Below are positions 1 to 10,253 of a DNA stretch of 64,000 nucleotides, in pieces (the stretch's first letter is position 1; every line of letters begins with the position of its first letter). The stretch is from Auanema rhodensis. Lineage: Eukaryota; Animalia; Nematoda. The notes below the pieces were generated by a model that saw only the letters and a program-made list of their open reading frames with translations, ran no database searches and was not told where the DNA came from. The stretch spans positions 14,136,001 through 14,200,000 of the forward strand of contig OZ059898.1 in NCBI GenBank assembly GCA_964057225.1, in the 5' to 3' direction. The translations under genes were made by a program, and so were the position numbers.

Positions 1-211
1 TTACACCACGAACGCTACAATAGGTTGTGAACTATTAGATTAGATGAGTTGACACATCTTTGACTTCATTGATAATTACGAATGAAAAGCAGTAACATAG
101 TTCTTTAAACGTTTCACGTGAAAAGTTAGAAAATGGACAAGCTAAAGTACTTTCAAAATCTTTGCAACATATTGCAAAACGTCAAATCATTCAGCAAAAA
201 TGAAAAATGTT

Positions 212-283
212 TGCGTTCGGGGGGAATCGAACCCCCGTCGAATGCTTGGAAGGCATCCATGCTGACCATTACACCACGAACGC
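212..283 (-). tRNA. tRNA-Gly(TCC)
   Basis: Minus strand GCGTTCGTGGTGTAATGGTCAGCATGGATGCCTTCCAAGCATTCGACGGGGGTTCGATTCCCCCCGAACGCA; cloverleaf, anticodon TCC, A box TGGTGTAATGG, B box GGTTCGATTCC, T5 terminator runs just downstream. Confidence 0.97.
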
Positions 284-479
284 TACAATAGGTTGTGAAC
301 TATTAGATTAGATGAGTTGACACATCTTTGACTTCATTGATAATTACGAATGAAAAGCAGTAACATAGTTCTTTAAACGTTTCACGTGAAAAGTTAGAAA
401 ATGGACAAGCTAAAGTACTTTCAAAATCTTTGCAACATATTGCAAAACGTCAAATCATTCAGCAAAAATGAAAAATGTT

Positions 480-551
480 TGCGTTCGGGGGGAATCGAAC
501 CCCCGTCGAATGCTTGGAAGGCATCCATGCTGACCATTACACCACGAACGC
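480..551 (-). tRNA. tRNA-Gly(TCC)
   Basis: Identical array copy. Confidence 0.97.
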
Positions 552-744
552 TACAATAGGTTGTGAACTATTAGATTAGATGAGTTGACACATCTTTGAC
601 TTCATTGATAATTACGAATGAAAAGCAGAAACATATTTTTTTCAAACGTTTCACATCAAAAATTCAAAAATGGACAAGCTCAAGTACTTTCAAAATCTTT
701 GCAACATATTGCAATCAAATCATTCACAAAAAATGAAAAATGTT

Positions 745-816
745 TGCGTTCGGGGGGAATCGAACCCCCGTCGAATGCTTGGAAGGCATCCATGCTGACC
801 ATTACACCACGAACGC
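745..816 (-). tRNA. tRNA-Gly(TCC)
   Basis: Identical array copy. Confidence 0.97.
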
Positions 817-1009
817 TACGATGGCTCTTGAACTATTAGATTAGATGAGTTGACACATCTTTGACTTCATTGATAATTACGAATGAAAAGCAGAAACATA
901 TTTTTTTCAAACGTTTCACATCAAAAATTCAAAAATGGACAAGCTCAAGTATTTTCAAAATCTTTGCAACATATTGCAATCAAATCATTCACAAAAAATG
1001 AAAAATGTA

Positions 1010-1081
1010 TGCGTTCGGGGGGAATCGAACCCCCGTCGAATGCTTGGAAGGCATCCATGCTGACCATTACACCACGAACGC
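1010..1081 (-). tRNA. tRNA-Gly(TCC)
   Basis: Identical array copy. Confidence 0.97.
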
Positions 1082-1278
1082 TACGATGGCTCTTGAACTA
1101 TTAGATTAGATGAGTTGACACATCTTTGACTTCATATATAATTACGAATGAAAAGCAGAAACATATTTTTTTCAAACGTTTCACATCAAAAATTCAAAAA
1201 TGGACAAGCTCAAGTACTTTCAAAATCTTTGCAACATATTGCAAAACGTCAAACCATTCTTAAAAAATGAAAAATGTA

Positions 1279-1350
1279 TGCGTTCGGGGGGAATCGAACC
1301 CCCGTCGAATGCTTGGAAGGCATCCATGCTGACCATTACACCACGAACGC
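1279..1350 (-). tRNA. tRNA-Gly(TCC)
   Basis: Identical array copy. Confidence 0.97.
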
Positions 1351-1547
1351 TACAATAGGTTGTGAACTATTAGATTAGATGAGTTGACACATCTTTGACT
1401 TCATATATAATTACGAATGAAAAGCAGAAACATATTTTTTTCAAACGTTTCACATCAAAAATTCAAAAATGGACAAGCTCAAGTACTTTCAAAATCTTTG
1501 CAACATATTGCAAAACGTCAAACCATTCTTAAAAAATGAAAAATGTA

Positions 1548-1619
1548 TGCGTTCGGGGGGAATCGAACCCCCGTCGAATGCTTGGAAGGCATCCATGCTG
1601 ACCATTACACCACGAACGC
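1548..1619 (-). tRNA. tRNA-Gly(TCC)
   Basis: Identical array copy. Confidence 0.97.
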
Positions 1620-1811
1620 TACAATAGGTTGTGAACTATTAGATTAGATGAGTTGACACATCTTTGACTTCATTGATAATTACGAATGAAAAGCAGTAAC
1701 ATAGTTCTTTAAACGTTTCACGTGAAAAGTTAGAAAATGGACAAGCTAAAGTACTTTCAAAATCTTTGCAACATATTGCAATCAAATCATTCACAAAAAA
1801 TGAAAAATGTT

Positions 1812-1883
1812 TGCGTTCGGGGGGAATCGAACCCCCGTCGAATGCTTGGAAGGCATCCATGCTGACCATTACACCACGAACGC
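1812..1883 (-). tRNA. tRNA-Gly(TCC)
   Basis: Identical array copy. Confidence 0.97.
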
Positions 1884-2075
1884 TACAATACGTTGTGAAC
1901 TATTAGATTAGATGAGTTGACACATCTTTGACTTCATTGATAATTACGAATGAAAAGCAGTAACATAGTTCTTTAAACGTTTCACGTGAAAAGTTAGAAA
2001 ATGGACAAGCTAAAGTACTTTCAAAATCTTTGCAACATATTGCAATCAAATCATTCACAAAAAATGAAAAATGTT

Positions 2076-2147
2076 TGCGTTCGGGGGGAATCGAACCCCC
2101 GTCGAATGCTTGGAAGGCATCCATGCTGACCATTACACCACGAACGC
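2076..2147 (-). tRNA. tRNA-Gly(TCC)
   Basis: Identical array copy. Confidence 0.97.
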
Positions 2148-2339
2148 TACAATACGTTGTGAACTATTAGATTAGATGAGTTGACACATCTTTGACTTCA
2201 TTGATAATTACGAATGAAAAGCAGTAACATAGTTCTTTAAACGTTTCACGTGAAAAGTTAGAAAATGGACAAGCTAAAGTACTTTCAAAATCTTTGCAAC
2301 ATATTGCAATCAAATCATTCACAAAAAATGAAAAATGTT

Positions 2340-2411
2340 TGCGTTCGGGGGGAATCGAACCCCCGTCGAATGCTTGGAAGGCATCCATGCTGACCATTAC
2401 ACCACGAACGC
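2340..2411 (-). tRNA. tRNA-Gly(TCC)
   Basis: Identical array copy. Confidence 0.97.
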
Positions 2412-2603
2412 TACAATACGTTGTGAACTATTAGATTAGATGAGTTGACACATCTTTGACTTCATTGATAATTACGAATGAAAAGCAGTAACATAGTTCT
2501 TTAAACGTTTCACGTGAAAAGTTAGAAAATGGACAAGCTAAAGTACTTTCAAAATCTTTGCAACATATTGCAATCAAATCATTCACAAAAAATGAAAAAT
2601 GTT

Positions 2604-2675
2604 TGCGTTCGGGGGGAATCGAACCCCCGTCGAATGCTTGGAAGGCATCCATGCTGACCATTACACCACGAACGC
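2604..2675 (-). tRNA. tRNA-Gly(TCC)
   Basis: Identical array copy. Confidence 0.97.
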
Positions 2676-2868
2676 TACAATAGGTTGTGAACTATTAGAT
2701 TAGATGAGTTGACACATCTTTGACTTCATTGATAATTACGAATGAAAAGCAGAAACATATTTTTTTCAAACGTTTCACATCAAAAATTCAAAAATGGACA
2801 AGCTCAAGTACTTTCAAAATCTTTGCAACATATTGCAATCAAATCATTCACAAAAAATGAAAAATGTT

Positions 2869-2940
2869 TGCGTTCGGGGGGAATCGAACCCCCGTCGAAT
2901 GCTTGGAAGGCATCCATGCTGACCATTACACCACGAACGC
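2869..2940 (-). tRNA. tRNA-Gly(TCC)
   Basis: Identical array copy. Confidence 0.97.
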
Positions 2941-3133
2941 TACAATAGGTTGTGAACTATTAGATTAGATGAGTTGACACATCTTTGATTTCATTGATAA
3001 TTACGAATGAAAAGCAGTAACATATTTTTTTCAAACGTTTCACATCAAAAAATCAAAAATGGACAAGCTCAAGTATTTTCAAAATCTTTGCAACATATTG
3101 CAATCAAATCATTCACAAAAAATGAAAAATGTA

Positions 3134-3205
3134 TGCGTTCGGGGGGAATCGAACCCCCGTCGAATGCTTGGAAGGCATCCATGCTGACCATTACACCACG
3201 AACGC
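3134..3205 (-). tRNA. tRNA-Gly(TCC)
   Basis: Identical array copy. Confidence 0.97.
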
Positions 3206-3401
3206 TACAATAGGTTGTGAACTATTAGATTAGATGAGTTGACACATCTTTGACTTCATTGATAATTACGAATGAAAAGCAGTAACATAGTTCTTTAAAC
3301 GTTTCACGTGAAAAGTTAGAAAATGGACAAGCTAAAGTACTTTCAAAATCTTTGCAACATATTGCAAAACGTCAAATCATTCAGCAAAAATGAAAAATGT
3401 T

Positions 3402-3473
3402 TGCGTTCGGGGGGAATCGAACCCCCGTCGAATGCTTGGAAGGCATCCATGCTGACCATTACACCACGAACGC
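3402..3473 (-). tRNA. tRNA-Gly(TCC)
   Basis: Identical array copy. Confidence 0.97.
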
Positions 3474-3666
3474 TACAATAGGTTGTGAACTATTAGATTA
3501 GATGAGTTGACACATCTTTGACTTCATTGATAATTACGAATGAAAAGCAGAAACATATTTTTTTCAAACGTTTCACATCAAAAATTCAAAAATGGACAAG
3601 CTCAAGTACTTTCAAAATCTTTGCAACATATTGCAATCAAATCATTCACAAAAAATGAAAAATGTT

Positions 3667-3738
3667 TGCGTTCGGGGGGAATCGAACCCCCGTCGAATGC
3701 TTGGAAGGCATCCATGCTGACCATTACACCACGAACGC
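3667..3738 (-). tRNA. tRNA-Gly(TCC)
   Basis: Identical array copy. Confidence 0.97.
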
Positions 3739-3931
3739 TACGATGGCTCTTGAACTATTAGATTAGATGAGTTGACACATCTTTGACTTCATTGATAATT
3801 ACGAATGAAAAGCAGAAACATATTTTTTTCAAACGTTTCACATCAAAAATTCAAAAATGGACAAGCTCAAGTATTTTCAAAATCTTTGCAACATATTGCA
3901 ATCAAATCATTCACAAAAAATGAAAAATGTA

Positions 3932-4003
3932 TGCGTTCGGGGGGAATCGAACCCCCGTCGAATGCTTGGAAGGCATCCATGCTGACCATTACACCACGAA
4001 CGC
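3932..4003 (-). tRNA. tRNA-Gly(TCC)
   Basis: Identical array copy. Confidence 0.97.
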
Positions 4004-4200
4004 TACGATGGCTCTTGAACTATTAGATTAGATGAGTTGACACATCTTTGACTTCATATATAATTACGAATGAAAAGCAGAAACATATTTTTTTCAAACG
4101 TTTCACATCAAAAATTCAAAAATGGACAAGCTCAAGTACTTTCAAAATCTTTGCAACATATTGCAAAACGTCAAACCATTCTTAAAAAATGAAAAATGTA

Positions 4201-4272
4201 TGCGTTCGGGGGGAATCGAACCCCCGTCGAATGCTTGGAAGGCATCCATGCTGACCATTACACCACGAACGC
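4201..4272 (-). tRNA. tRNA-Gly(TCC)
   Basis: Identical array copy. Confidence 0.97.
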
Positions 4273-4469
4273 TACAATAGGTTGTGAACTATTAGATTAG
4301 ATGAGTTGACACATCTTTGACTTCATATATAATTACGAATGAAAAGCAGAAACATATTTTTTTCAAACGTTTCACATCAAAAATTCAAAAATGGACAAGC
4401 TCAAGTACTTTCAAAATCTTTGCAACATATTGCAAAACGTCAAACCATTCTTAAAAAATGAAAAATGTA

Positions 4470-4541
4470 TGCGTTCGGGGGGAATCGAACCCCCGTCGAA
4501 TGCTTGGAAGGCATCCATGCTGACCATTACACCACGAACGC
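4470..4541 (-). tRNA. tRNA-Gly(TCC)
   Basis: Identical array copy. Confidence 0.97.
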
Positions 4542-4733
4542 TACAATAGGTTGTGAACTATTAGATTAGATGAGTTGACACATCTTTGACTTCATTGATA
4601 ATTACGAATGAAAAGCAGTAACATAGTTCTTTAAACGTTTCACGTGAAAAGTTAGAAAATGGACAAGCTAAAGTACTTTCAAAATCTTTGCAACATATTG
4701 CAATCAAATCATTCACAAAAAATGAAAAATGTT

Positions 4734-4805
4734 TGCGTTCGGGGGGAATCGAACCCCCGTCGAATGCTTGGAAGGCATCCATGCTGACCATTACACCACG
4801 AACGC
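4734..4805 (-). tRNA. tRNA-Gly(TCC)
   Basis: Identical array copy. Confidence 0.97.
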
Positions 4806-4997
4806 TACAATACGTTGTGAACTATTAGATTAGATGAGTTGACACATCTTTGACTTCATTGATAATTACGAATGAAAAGCAGTAACATAGTTCTTTAAAC
4901 GTTTCACGTGAAAAGTTAGAAAATGGACAAGCTAAAGTACTTTCAAAATCTTTGCAACATATTGCAATCAAATCATTCACAAAAAATGAAAAATGTT

Positions 4998-5069
4998 TGC
5001 GTTCGGGGGGAATCGAACCCCCGTCGAATGCTTGGAAGGCATCCATGCTGACCATTACACCACGAACGC
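4998..5069 (-). tRNA. tRNA-Gly(TCC)
   Basis: Identical array copy. Confidence 0.97.
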
Positions 5070-5257
5070 TACAATACGTTGTGAACTATTAGATTAGATG
5101 AGTTGACACATCTTTGACTTCATTGATAATTACGAATGAAAAGCAGTAACATAGTTCTTTAAACGTTTCACGTGAAAAGTTAGAAAATGGACAAGCTAAA
5201 GTACTTTCAAAATCTTTGCAACATATTGCAATCAAATCATTCACAAAAAATGAAAAA

Positions 5258-5417
5258 TGACCTGTCTGGCAGCTAGGCCGTGTGGGATGTTAAGAGGGAG
5301 GAGCTAATCTGCAAAAAGTATATGTAAGATTATTAAATGAGATTATTTAATGCGTTTGAAACAAAACGAGTGGGTTAACTTCTCATAACATTTTAAAATG
5401 TTTTGATATTCCATGTC
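5258..5417. repeat. 160-bp direct repeat, copy 1 (LTR or LTR fragment)
   Basis: tgacctgtctggcagc...gatattccatgtc is identical to 8399-8558; lies 17 nt past the ORF stop codon. Confidence 0.9.
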
Positions 5418-5434
5418 TATTAGTATAGAGCATG

Positions 5435-7201
5435 TTAGGATTGCTGTCCTGACAATAGCAATTTTCGACTGTTTCGGCTGGTCATATGAGATCTTATATG
5501 AGATGGGAGACATTGAGTGATCATACGCCAAACGGAAAAAAGGGTGTATTGTGCAATATGAACAAATTTTTTAGAACAAATTCGGATGACTATGATGCTT
5601 AAAAGAATGCTAAATAGAATGAGCCATATGATGAGTGCGGTCGCCGAGAGTGCTGCGTATGGGAAACAAGATGGGTTGTGGAGTAGTTCAAGACAGAACA
5701 GACATTGAATCATATCGCAAAACGGAGTTGCTGGACAATCCAGTTGATGCAATGCAAATGTGTCATTTTTATCGATAATATGTCGTGAGATGAATGTGTG
5801 GTCATGCAATACAACATGAGCCGGAAATACTATGGTGAAGTTGGGAGTATTTGGGTTGTACTCTACACATGTTTCTCGGGCACAAACTCGGATGGGATGT
5901 CCAGTACCGCAGTTTGATATGCCTACTCCTCCTTTGATGCAAGAGAACTGGCAGATGTTGGTTGCGGACATTGTATTGACGAGAATACCCAGTATCATGG
6001 CTATGAAAAAATGTGTGTAACTGGGGAGACGTTGTCGTTTTCGAGGTTGTGGTTCATTTTCACCTTCATCATCTGCAATGGTGATCACTTCGATGTCATC
6101 ATCATCGTTGATAGTGATAACGTTTGGGTCTATCACGTTTTCAGTTGTATTGGGTCCGGTCGATGTGCTGGTTTCCACAACGGTGGATACTTCGTTATCG
6201 AGTAAAATGACCTCTGGAGTTTCTTTAAACGTGACAGTTTTGTCTGATTTGTGTGGGGACTGCGTATGACTGTTTTCCGTATGATGCTCGTTGTCGGAAG
6301 GAATTTCAAGGGGAATCAGGCGATTGATGGGTCTAATTAGTTTGTGTCCATCAGATGTACGGACTTCTGCAACTCTCACAGATTCCGTGTTCTGTATGCT
6401 TGTTATTAAACCCATTTTCCACTGGTTTCGTTTCGTATTGTCATCTGACATTAGCACTACTGTGCCTACTTTTGGTGTAGCTGTGGAGAAATGTCCTTGC
6501 TTGTGATCCAACATGTGTGTTGCTCGAAGGGCGACGACATATTCATTATGCCATCGTTGCCAAATTTTGTCAAGTGTTTTCTGAATGTTGTTTAAATGTT
6601 TTTGTATTCCAGAAAAGAAACTCATCTCTAAATTTTTTCTGGAGTATTTCATTCTGTTCATGTCATTTTGCAATGTTGTTGAGTCATGTACTGTAGAGTC
6701 AAATGAACTCTGATAGTCATCGAGTTCATCTCGGCGAAGTTGGATAAGTTGAGTATATTCCTCAACTTCGCCTGTGTTCACAATGAGATCTCTCTCATCA
6801 CAATAGTCCAAAATGCCCTTGATCAGTTTTGCAACTGTGGGCGGATGTTCTTCGCCAATGTCTTTGGTGACAAGTTGGTCGATTTCATGAGCTTTCATGG
6901 TCTTATGGGCTTGAGGGTGTTTGGCCAACATCCTTTTATAGCTACCTTGGTATAATTCCAACCAAGTTGCTGGGTAGTCCACATGGGTGCGTTCCTCGAG
7001 CACCACTCGATGTTCGTCTAACTGATCTCGTAGTGATCGGAAGACGTCCCCAACCGGGATGGCTTTATAATATATACGCATCAAGCTAGGCTTGTGCGTA
7101 TGTATGAACTCTCGACATCTGTCAATGTCATCAACCGGGGGGAAGATGAATGCTTGATGGTACGGGAGGATGTCCTCCTTCACCGTGTTGAACAACTTCA
7201 A
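5435..7201 (-). CDS. BEL/Pao polyprotein deletion derivative: Gag-like N-terminus + integrase C-terminal (DUF5641-like) domain + truncated phlebovirus-like envelope glycoprotein
   Basis: 588-aa ORF. IWQRWHNEYVVALR..PKVGTVVL..KRNQWKMGLI..VRVAEVRT..LIRPINRLIPLEI is the typical BEL integrase tail. It is followed by a hydrophobic signal segment, CPATPFCDMIQCLFCLELLHNPSC and a TM helix. No protease, RT, RNase H or DDE core motifs. The frame stays open upstream to 7291; the nearest ATG (7295) is 1 nt out of frame. Confidence 0.85.
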   Translation of the reverse strand: MKLFNTVKEDILPYHQAFIFPPVDDIDRCREFIHTHKPSLMRIYYKAIPVGDVFRSLRDQLDEHRVVLEERTHVDYPATWLELYQGSYKRMLAKHPQAHKTMKAHEIDQLVTKDIGEEHPPTVAKLIKGILDYCDERDLIVNTGEVEEYTQLIQLRRDELDDYQSSFDSTVHDSTTLQNDMNRMKYSRKNLEMSFFSGIQKHLNNIQKTLDKIWQRWHNEYVVALRATHMLDHKQGHFSTATPKVGTVVLMSDDNTKRNQWKMGLITSIQNTESVRVAEVRTSDGHKLIRPINRLIPLEIPSDNEHHTENSHTQSPHKSDKTVTFKETPEVILLDNEVSTVVETSTSTGPNTTENVIDPNVITINDDDDIEVITIADDEGENEPQPRKRQRLPSYTHFFIAMILGILVNTMSATNICQFSCIKGGVGISNCGTGHPIRVCARETCVEYNPNTPNFTIVFPAHVVLHDHTFISRHIIDKNDTFALHQLDCPATPFCDMIQCLFCLELLHNPSCFPYAALSATALIIWLILFSILLSIIVIRICSKKFVHIAQYTLFSVWRMITQCLPSHIRSHMTSRNSRKLLLSGQQS

Positions 7202-8398
7202 CGCGTGAGTTATATTTCTTTTTAAACAACTTAACTGTCTTGCTAAGGCAGTCAGGTTACGAGTTACGAGTTTCCGATGGAGAAGAGGGACTCATAATCA
7301 TTTTGTTTGAAGAGAAATATTATTGTTCAAGTTAATTTTGTGTTTAATCTAGCTAATTTGTGGATTGATTATTAAAATCAATTGAATTAAAGTCCGAATA
7401 TAATAGCTGTCGATAGAAGGAATAACAATATATAATATAAATAGGAATATAAATAAACAAGTAATATAAGCAAATAAGATAAGCAAATAGTTCACTATTA
7501 GAAGGTACAATGAATATTTAGTTGAATATTTGTTAACAGTTTTTTCTTTGGAGAGTTATACTGTTAGTTTTTTCGTGTAGTTGTTACTGTTTCGTTAAAT
7601 TACTTGTGTGGAATCTTTTGTAAAAAAATGTATGTTTTATCTTTTGAATATATTTTTTTTTTTTTTTGTTAGCTAAGTTAGTATATTTTTAATTTTTTTT
7701 TTTTTTTTTTTTAAAATGGAGATTGTTCAGGCAAAGATAATTCAATAAGTATCTTTCTCTGGTTAAAAAAGAAAAATTGGATGATTCACTAGATGAGAGA
7801 ACAATTCAAGTTGAGAGATTACTGTAGGAAATAGAGAGAAAAAATTGAGTTTCCCAAAATCGATCAAAAAATGTGAGCAAACTAGCTTGGATGAATTCAG
7901 TAAAGTTTTCTGAGTAATTTGATACTAAATATGCTGTTGTTTTTTATCAAAAAATATAATATCAATATTAATATTAATTGGTTGAAATATAATAAGGATA
8001 TCCAAAAAATATTCAAAATATTATTGTTTGATTGATCAGAAAGTATGTGTATGAAAAGGATGAGTGATTTGAGACAAAAGATTTATTTCTGGACAGATGA
8101 ACAAAGGAAATTGTATAAGATAACAGATGTGAATGAAATATAAACAATATAAAATGTGAAATAATAAAATTAAAATAAAACAAATTGAAATTATAAAATA
8201 ACTTACCAACTTAATGTAAATGTATAATTGATACCAGAGAGTATCAATTCAAATTCAATAAGCGGTTAAAGTGTTAATGCGAACAAATGAAAACTAACTT
8301 GATTCTCCTTGAGGATCCTTGATGTCGATTGTCCTTGTCTGGTGAATAGGTTAGCAGATGGCGTCGGGTGCTGTGGCTGGTTGTAGCGGCGGAATGAA

Positions 8399-8559
8399 TG
8401 ACCTGTCTGGCAGCTAGGCCGTGTGGGATGTTAAGAGGGAGGAGCTAATCTGCAAAAAGTATATGTAAGATTATTAAATGAGATTATTTAATGCGTTTGA
8501 AACAAAACGAGTGGGTTAACTTCTCATAACATTTTAAAATGTTTTGATATTCCATGTCA
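8399..8559. repeat. 160-bp direct repeat, copy 2 (LTR or LTR fragment; TGAC...GTCA ends)
   Basis: Identical to 5258-5417; contains a minus-strand TTTTTGCAG splice acceptor at 8450-8458. Confidence 0.9.
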
Positions 8560-9922
8560 TTCGATGATGACCTAGATAATGTGTGAGAGATGTTTGCGTG
8601 GTGCTAATGGCGCCGCACCAGGTCAATGAACAGATGGCAACATCTTTTGTCTTTTTTCGCGTATCTTGTCAACATATTTGCTAAAATCGACTTTTTGGTG
8701 CAAAATGTTGGAAATATCTCTTAACCTTTGCTGAGATTTATATTTTATGCTTTAACATGCGTAGGATGATAATTCGTAGCTCTTTCGTGTCTTATCATTA
8801 TCTCATCTATGTAGGATGGGATATTATGATGTTTTGTGATTTTTCACAGAAATTTTCATCTGCGTAGGATTTTAACAATATAGTTAATGTATTTTGTCCT
8901 ATAGAACGTGGGTGATGATCTTATATAAGATAAAATATATAAATTTTATGAATTTCATGATTTGGACTCTGACCTTTCTCATTGACCCGTTGGTCGTTAC
9001 ATATGACTCATATGGTTGGAAACAATAGATTTACAGACAATGGATGAATAAAGAAATTTAAAAACTATAAAACAAGCCGTAAATAGTAAAAACTCGGAAC
9101 TCTTTCGCATTTTTATATAAACAACACCTACCGAGAGTGCAAGGGTACCAAACAAACATCAACAAGTAGGTCAACAGACGTTCCTTGTTGATAGGCTCCT
9201 TCCACACATGTTCACAAATAATCGTTGATCTCTAAGATACTGACTCCTTTACAGATGAGGAAACAGACAGCATTACTCATATAGCAAGGAGACATTGGTC
9301 TAAGATGCCTTTTAGTCACCTATTCAATTGATTCACAATTGTTAAAATAACTTTTGCACTCGAAGTCTATCAAAACTGTTTGCAATGATTATTGAAAGTT
9401 ACGTAAAATATAAAAGATATAAAAAGGTCTCAAAATCAAAGAATAAATGAATAAATAGCGTTTTTAGACGGTAGCTTTGCTAATGCGTAATTCATATCAT
9501 TGTTTCTCACTGTCCTCAGTCAGTAAAAATAAGATCGCCATAAAATGTGTTTGTTGGTACTTTGTCTGCATTTTTCTCGTACTCTCGCATATTCTTCCTA
9601 GGAAAATACTGTGAAACATAATAAGGGGTGATCAATCCCAGCTGAGTCACTGCCGGCAAGTTAAAGGAAGTAGCCATTGGGTAATCCAATAGAGTTTATA
9701 TAGCGAACAACCCACTATGTTACTTTCTGTAATCATGTGGTACAAAAATATGGTATCAACCAAAATTTTAAATAATGTTTAATTATCACTGATATCTAGA
9801 CAATATTTAACAACCAATTATGTCATACTGACATACGATTCCTTTAGAGTATTTAGATCAGTGAACTTATACTGTAAAGGACATCCAACGAGTCACTATT
9901 AACGAGCAGACTGGCTTGAAGA

Positions 9923-10044
9923 AAAAAAAAGAAAAAAGATAAAGTAGCGCAATAGAAAGGTCATAGAGTAGAAAGTGATGCCGATGCACCATTTTCTACT
10001 CTATGACCTTTCTATTGCGCTACTTTATCTTTTTTCTTTTTTTT
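9923..10044. repeat. Perfect 52-bp inverted repeat with an 18-nt loop containing a tRNA-Gly(GCC) primer-binding-site-like 12-mer
   Basis: Arm 9923-9974 is the exact reverse complement of 9993-10044; loop gtgatGCCGATGCACCAt. Confidence 0.95.
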
Positions 10045-10117
10045 CATCGGTGGTTCAGTGGTAGAATGCTCGCCTGCCACGCGGGCGACCCGGGTTCGAT
10101 TCCCGGCCGATGCACCA
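10044..10117 (+). tRNA. tRNA-Gly(GCC) with encoded 3' CCA and a G1>T change
   Basis: tCATCGGTGGTTCAGTGGTAGAATGCTCGCCTGCCACGCGGGCGACCCGGGTTCGATTCCCGGCCGATGCA-CCA-TTTT; anticodon GCC at 10076-10078; intact A and B boxes. Confidence 0.93.
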
Positions 10118-10253
10118 TTTTGAAGATAGAGGGCTCTTCAAATAGCCTCCCAGGTTCACACTTTCTATTCTATGCCCTGTTAACGTAAAATACTATTAGA
10201 GGAAGAAAGATTCATTCATATGCCATTCAGATATACATAATACAGAATATAAG

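Larger units (their letters stand above)
1..5259 (-). repeat. Tandem tRNA-Gly(TCC) array, left block: ~264-269-bp units, 19 full genes plus a partial gene at the window edge
   Basis: Repeating unit of an invariant 72-nt tRNA plus a polymorphic ~192-197-bp spacer; array runs off the left edge of the window. Confidence 0.98.

Noticed and set aside
5832-6955. Short plus-strand ORFs inside the retroelement
   Set aside because: Antisense shadows of the 588-aa minus-strand ORF
8608-8620. ggcgccgcacca as a primer-binding site (minus strand TGGTGCGGCGCC)
   Set aside because: Matches the tRNA-Gly 3' ends in this window for only 6-7 nt and lies on the wrong side of the 160-bp repeat
10003-10188. 61-aa ORF MTFLLRYF..
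   Set aside because: Reads through the hairpin arm and the tRNA-Gly(GCC) gene
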